From NCBI RefSeq assembly GCF_036365525.1, contig NC_090399.1, positions 31,032,430-31,096,429 on the forward strand: a DNA stretch of 64,000 bases. The letters are read 5' to 3'. Under the pieces are notes generated by a model. That model did no database searches. It worked only from the letters and a program-made list of their open reading frames with translations, and was not told where the DNA came from. Each line of letters begins with the position of its first letter. Position 1 is the first letter of the stretch. The DNA is from Heterodontus francisci (lineage: Eukaryota). The position numbers and the translations under genes are program-made. Of this stretch, positions 61,943-64,000 are shown one piece after another.

Positions 61943-64000
61943 TCTTCTTCTTTGGCTTCCTTGTCTCGGGAGACAATGGGTAAGAGCCTGGAGGTGGTCA
62001 GTGGTTTGTGGAGCAGCGCCTGGAGTGGCTATAAAGGCCAATACTAGAGTGACAGACTCTTCCACAGGTGCTGCAGAAAAAATTGGTTGTCGGGGCTGTT
62101 GGCTGTCCCCTTGCGCTTCTGTCTATTTTCCTGCCATCCGCTAAGTTTCTTTGACTCGCCACACTTTAGCCCCACCTTTATGGCTGCCCGCCAGCACTGG
62201 CGATCGATGGCAAATGACTCCCACGACTTGTGATCAATGTCACAGGACTTCATGTCGTGTATGCAGACGTCTTTAAAGTGGAGACATGGATGGCCGGTGG
62301 GTCTGATACCAGTGGCGAGCTCGCTGTACAATGTGTCCTTGGGGATCCTGCCATCTTCCATGCGGCTCACATGGCCAAGCAATCTCAAGCGCTGCTGACT
62401 CAGTAGTGTGTATAAGCTGGGGATGTTGGCTGCCTCGAGGACTTCTGTGTTGGAGCATAAGTTGTCCAGGCCTCGCTGCCGTAGTGCAAGGTATTGAGGG
62501 CACAGGCTTGATACACTCGGACTTTTGTGTTCAGTGTCAGTGCGCCATTGTCCCACACTCTCTTGGCCAGTCTGGACATAGCAGTGGAAGGCTTTCCCAT
62601 GCGCTTGTTGATTTCTGCATCGAGAGACAGGTTACTGGTGATAGTTGAGCCTAGGTAGGCGAACTCTTGAATCACTTCCAGAGTGTGGTCGCCAATATTG
62701 ATGGATGGAGCATTTCTGAGGTCCTGTCCCATGATGTTCGTTTTCTTGAGGCAGATGGTTAGTCCAAATTTGTCGCAGGCAACCTGTCGATGAGACTCTG
62801 CAGACACTCTTCAGTGTGAAATGTTAATGCAGCATCATCAGTGTTAGCAGGAATGAATCTAGAAGAATCACTCGACACTCAGGTCTGCTCCAATGTCAAA
62901 CAGTTTATTACGCCAGCGGGAAGCAGGTCACAGATCTGTCCAGATGCCTGTCCACCAAACAAAGAAAAATCATCCATACTTATACATTTTTCAAACAGTT
63001 ACTCAGGCCATCCCAGCTGGACATGATCCAATCATAACGGTTATTGATTACATACATCACACATATTACCAATTAGATTGCTCATTAGGCATCATGTGGC
63101 TACGTGATCAGCTCATGCAAGCCCCATGATCATCTTGTGATGTTTCCCAGACCCCCTTATCAACTATCATTGAGTCTTCACAATGAATCCTTCTACCTTA
63201 TCAAGCTTGCATTCCTGATTGCTTCGTGCAGTCCGCAGTTACACAAAGCAGCTGTCTTATACACTGAAATGAGGGGCCTTCCTTGGTCAGGCTAATTGTC
63301 TGTGCTAAGCAGTACCATGCTCAAGGCTGCAAGCTAACTAACTTGTCCCACAATGCTTTGGGTAAATACTCCATTTTGTAACGATATGTGGCTATACTTT
63401 CATCTTATATATATATATATATATGTGTGTGTATATTTATTTAGCTGCATCGGCAACCATTTTTCCTTCTACAAACAGAAAAGAGGAGTTCCCTGATGAG
63501 GACTTTCCGTACTTTGGTCTTTGCTCTTAGGTGTGCAAGGTTGAGCAACCTGCCACCTGATCTTGCGTGAAGGAAAATTCCTTCTTCTGAAGACTTGAAC
63601 GCGTGTGAGAGCAGCAGGGAGAAGAAAATCCCGAACAGTGTGGGTGCAAGAATGCAGCCCTGTTTCACGCCACTCAGGATAGAAACGAGGTCTGATGAGG
63701 TGCCGCTATGCTGAATTGTGCCTTTCATATTGTCATGGAATGAGGTGATGATATTTAGTAGCTTTGGTTGACAGCTTTTCTTTTCTAGTAGTCTGAAGAG
63801 ACCACGTCTGCTGACGAGGTCAAGGGCTTTGGTGAGATCAATGAAAGCAACGTAGAGGGGCATCTGTTGTTTGCGGCATTTCTCCTGGAGCTGATGAAGT
63901 GAGAACAGCATGTCAATGGTCGATCTCTCTGCTCGAAAGCCACACTGTGCTTCAGGGTAGAGACGCTCAGCCAGCTTCTGGAGCCTGTTTAAAGCGACTC
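61943..64000 (-). mobile_element. RTE-clade LINE interrupted by a solo LTR, running off the window end
   Basis: AFIDLTKALD, GVKQGCILAP, RELLF|ADD split by the insertion; (ttc)n tail at 61943. Confidence 0.92.
62842..63473 (-). mobile_element. Solo LTR (632 bp) of an LTR retrotransposon or ERV
   Basis: TG...CA termini, 5-bp target duplication ATCAG/AACAG (1 mismatch), AATAAA on the minus strand at 62904-62909; removing it restores RTE continuity. Confidence 0.75.

Noticed and set aside
1-64000. Most remaining short ORFs in the track
   Set aside because: They are antisense or off-frame translations of CR1, RTE, Penelope and SINE sequence, or short AT-rich chance ORFs.

Overview
Eukaryotic DNA, most likely from a cartilaginous fish (inferred from the repeat spectrum). 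Most of the window is retroelement-derived: many CR1 LINE fragments (two young, near-identical copies), RTE LINEs, Penelope-like elements, V-SINE and Deu-type SINEs, MITE-like palindromes and one solo LTR. The small unique islands carry a split NKp30/NCR3-family immune receptor locus that the ORF track mostly misses. (1) An apparently intact minus-strand gene has a leader exon (58118-58160), one germline-joined VJ-type Ig exon (50485-50859) and a transmembrane exon with an NKp30-like Arg (44623-44736). Three predicted cytoplasmic exons (40675-40772, 32925-33000, 26788-26882) splice to these in frame, giving a 266-aa protein whose tail carries YCNM, YSEM and YVN tyrosine motifs. (2) A convergent plus-strand paralogue (leader 16367-16418, V exon ~17432-17773 with in-frame stops, Arg-TM exon ~22260-22417 with almost no tail) is probably a pseudogene. 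(3) A third, very decayed copy may lie near 37 kb. Other notable structure: an RTE with twin-priming-like inverted architecture and a structured 5' RNA element, minimal hammerhead motifs in Penelope termini, and a CTCF-motif-bearing repeat. Exon models come from manual reading of splice signals and phases, with no transcript evidence. Repeat boundaries are approximate.
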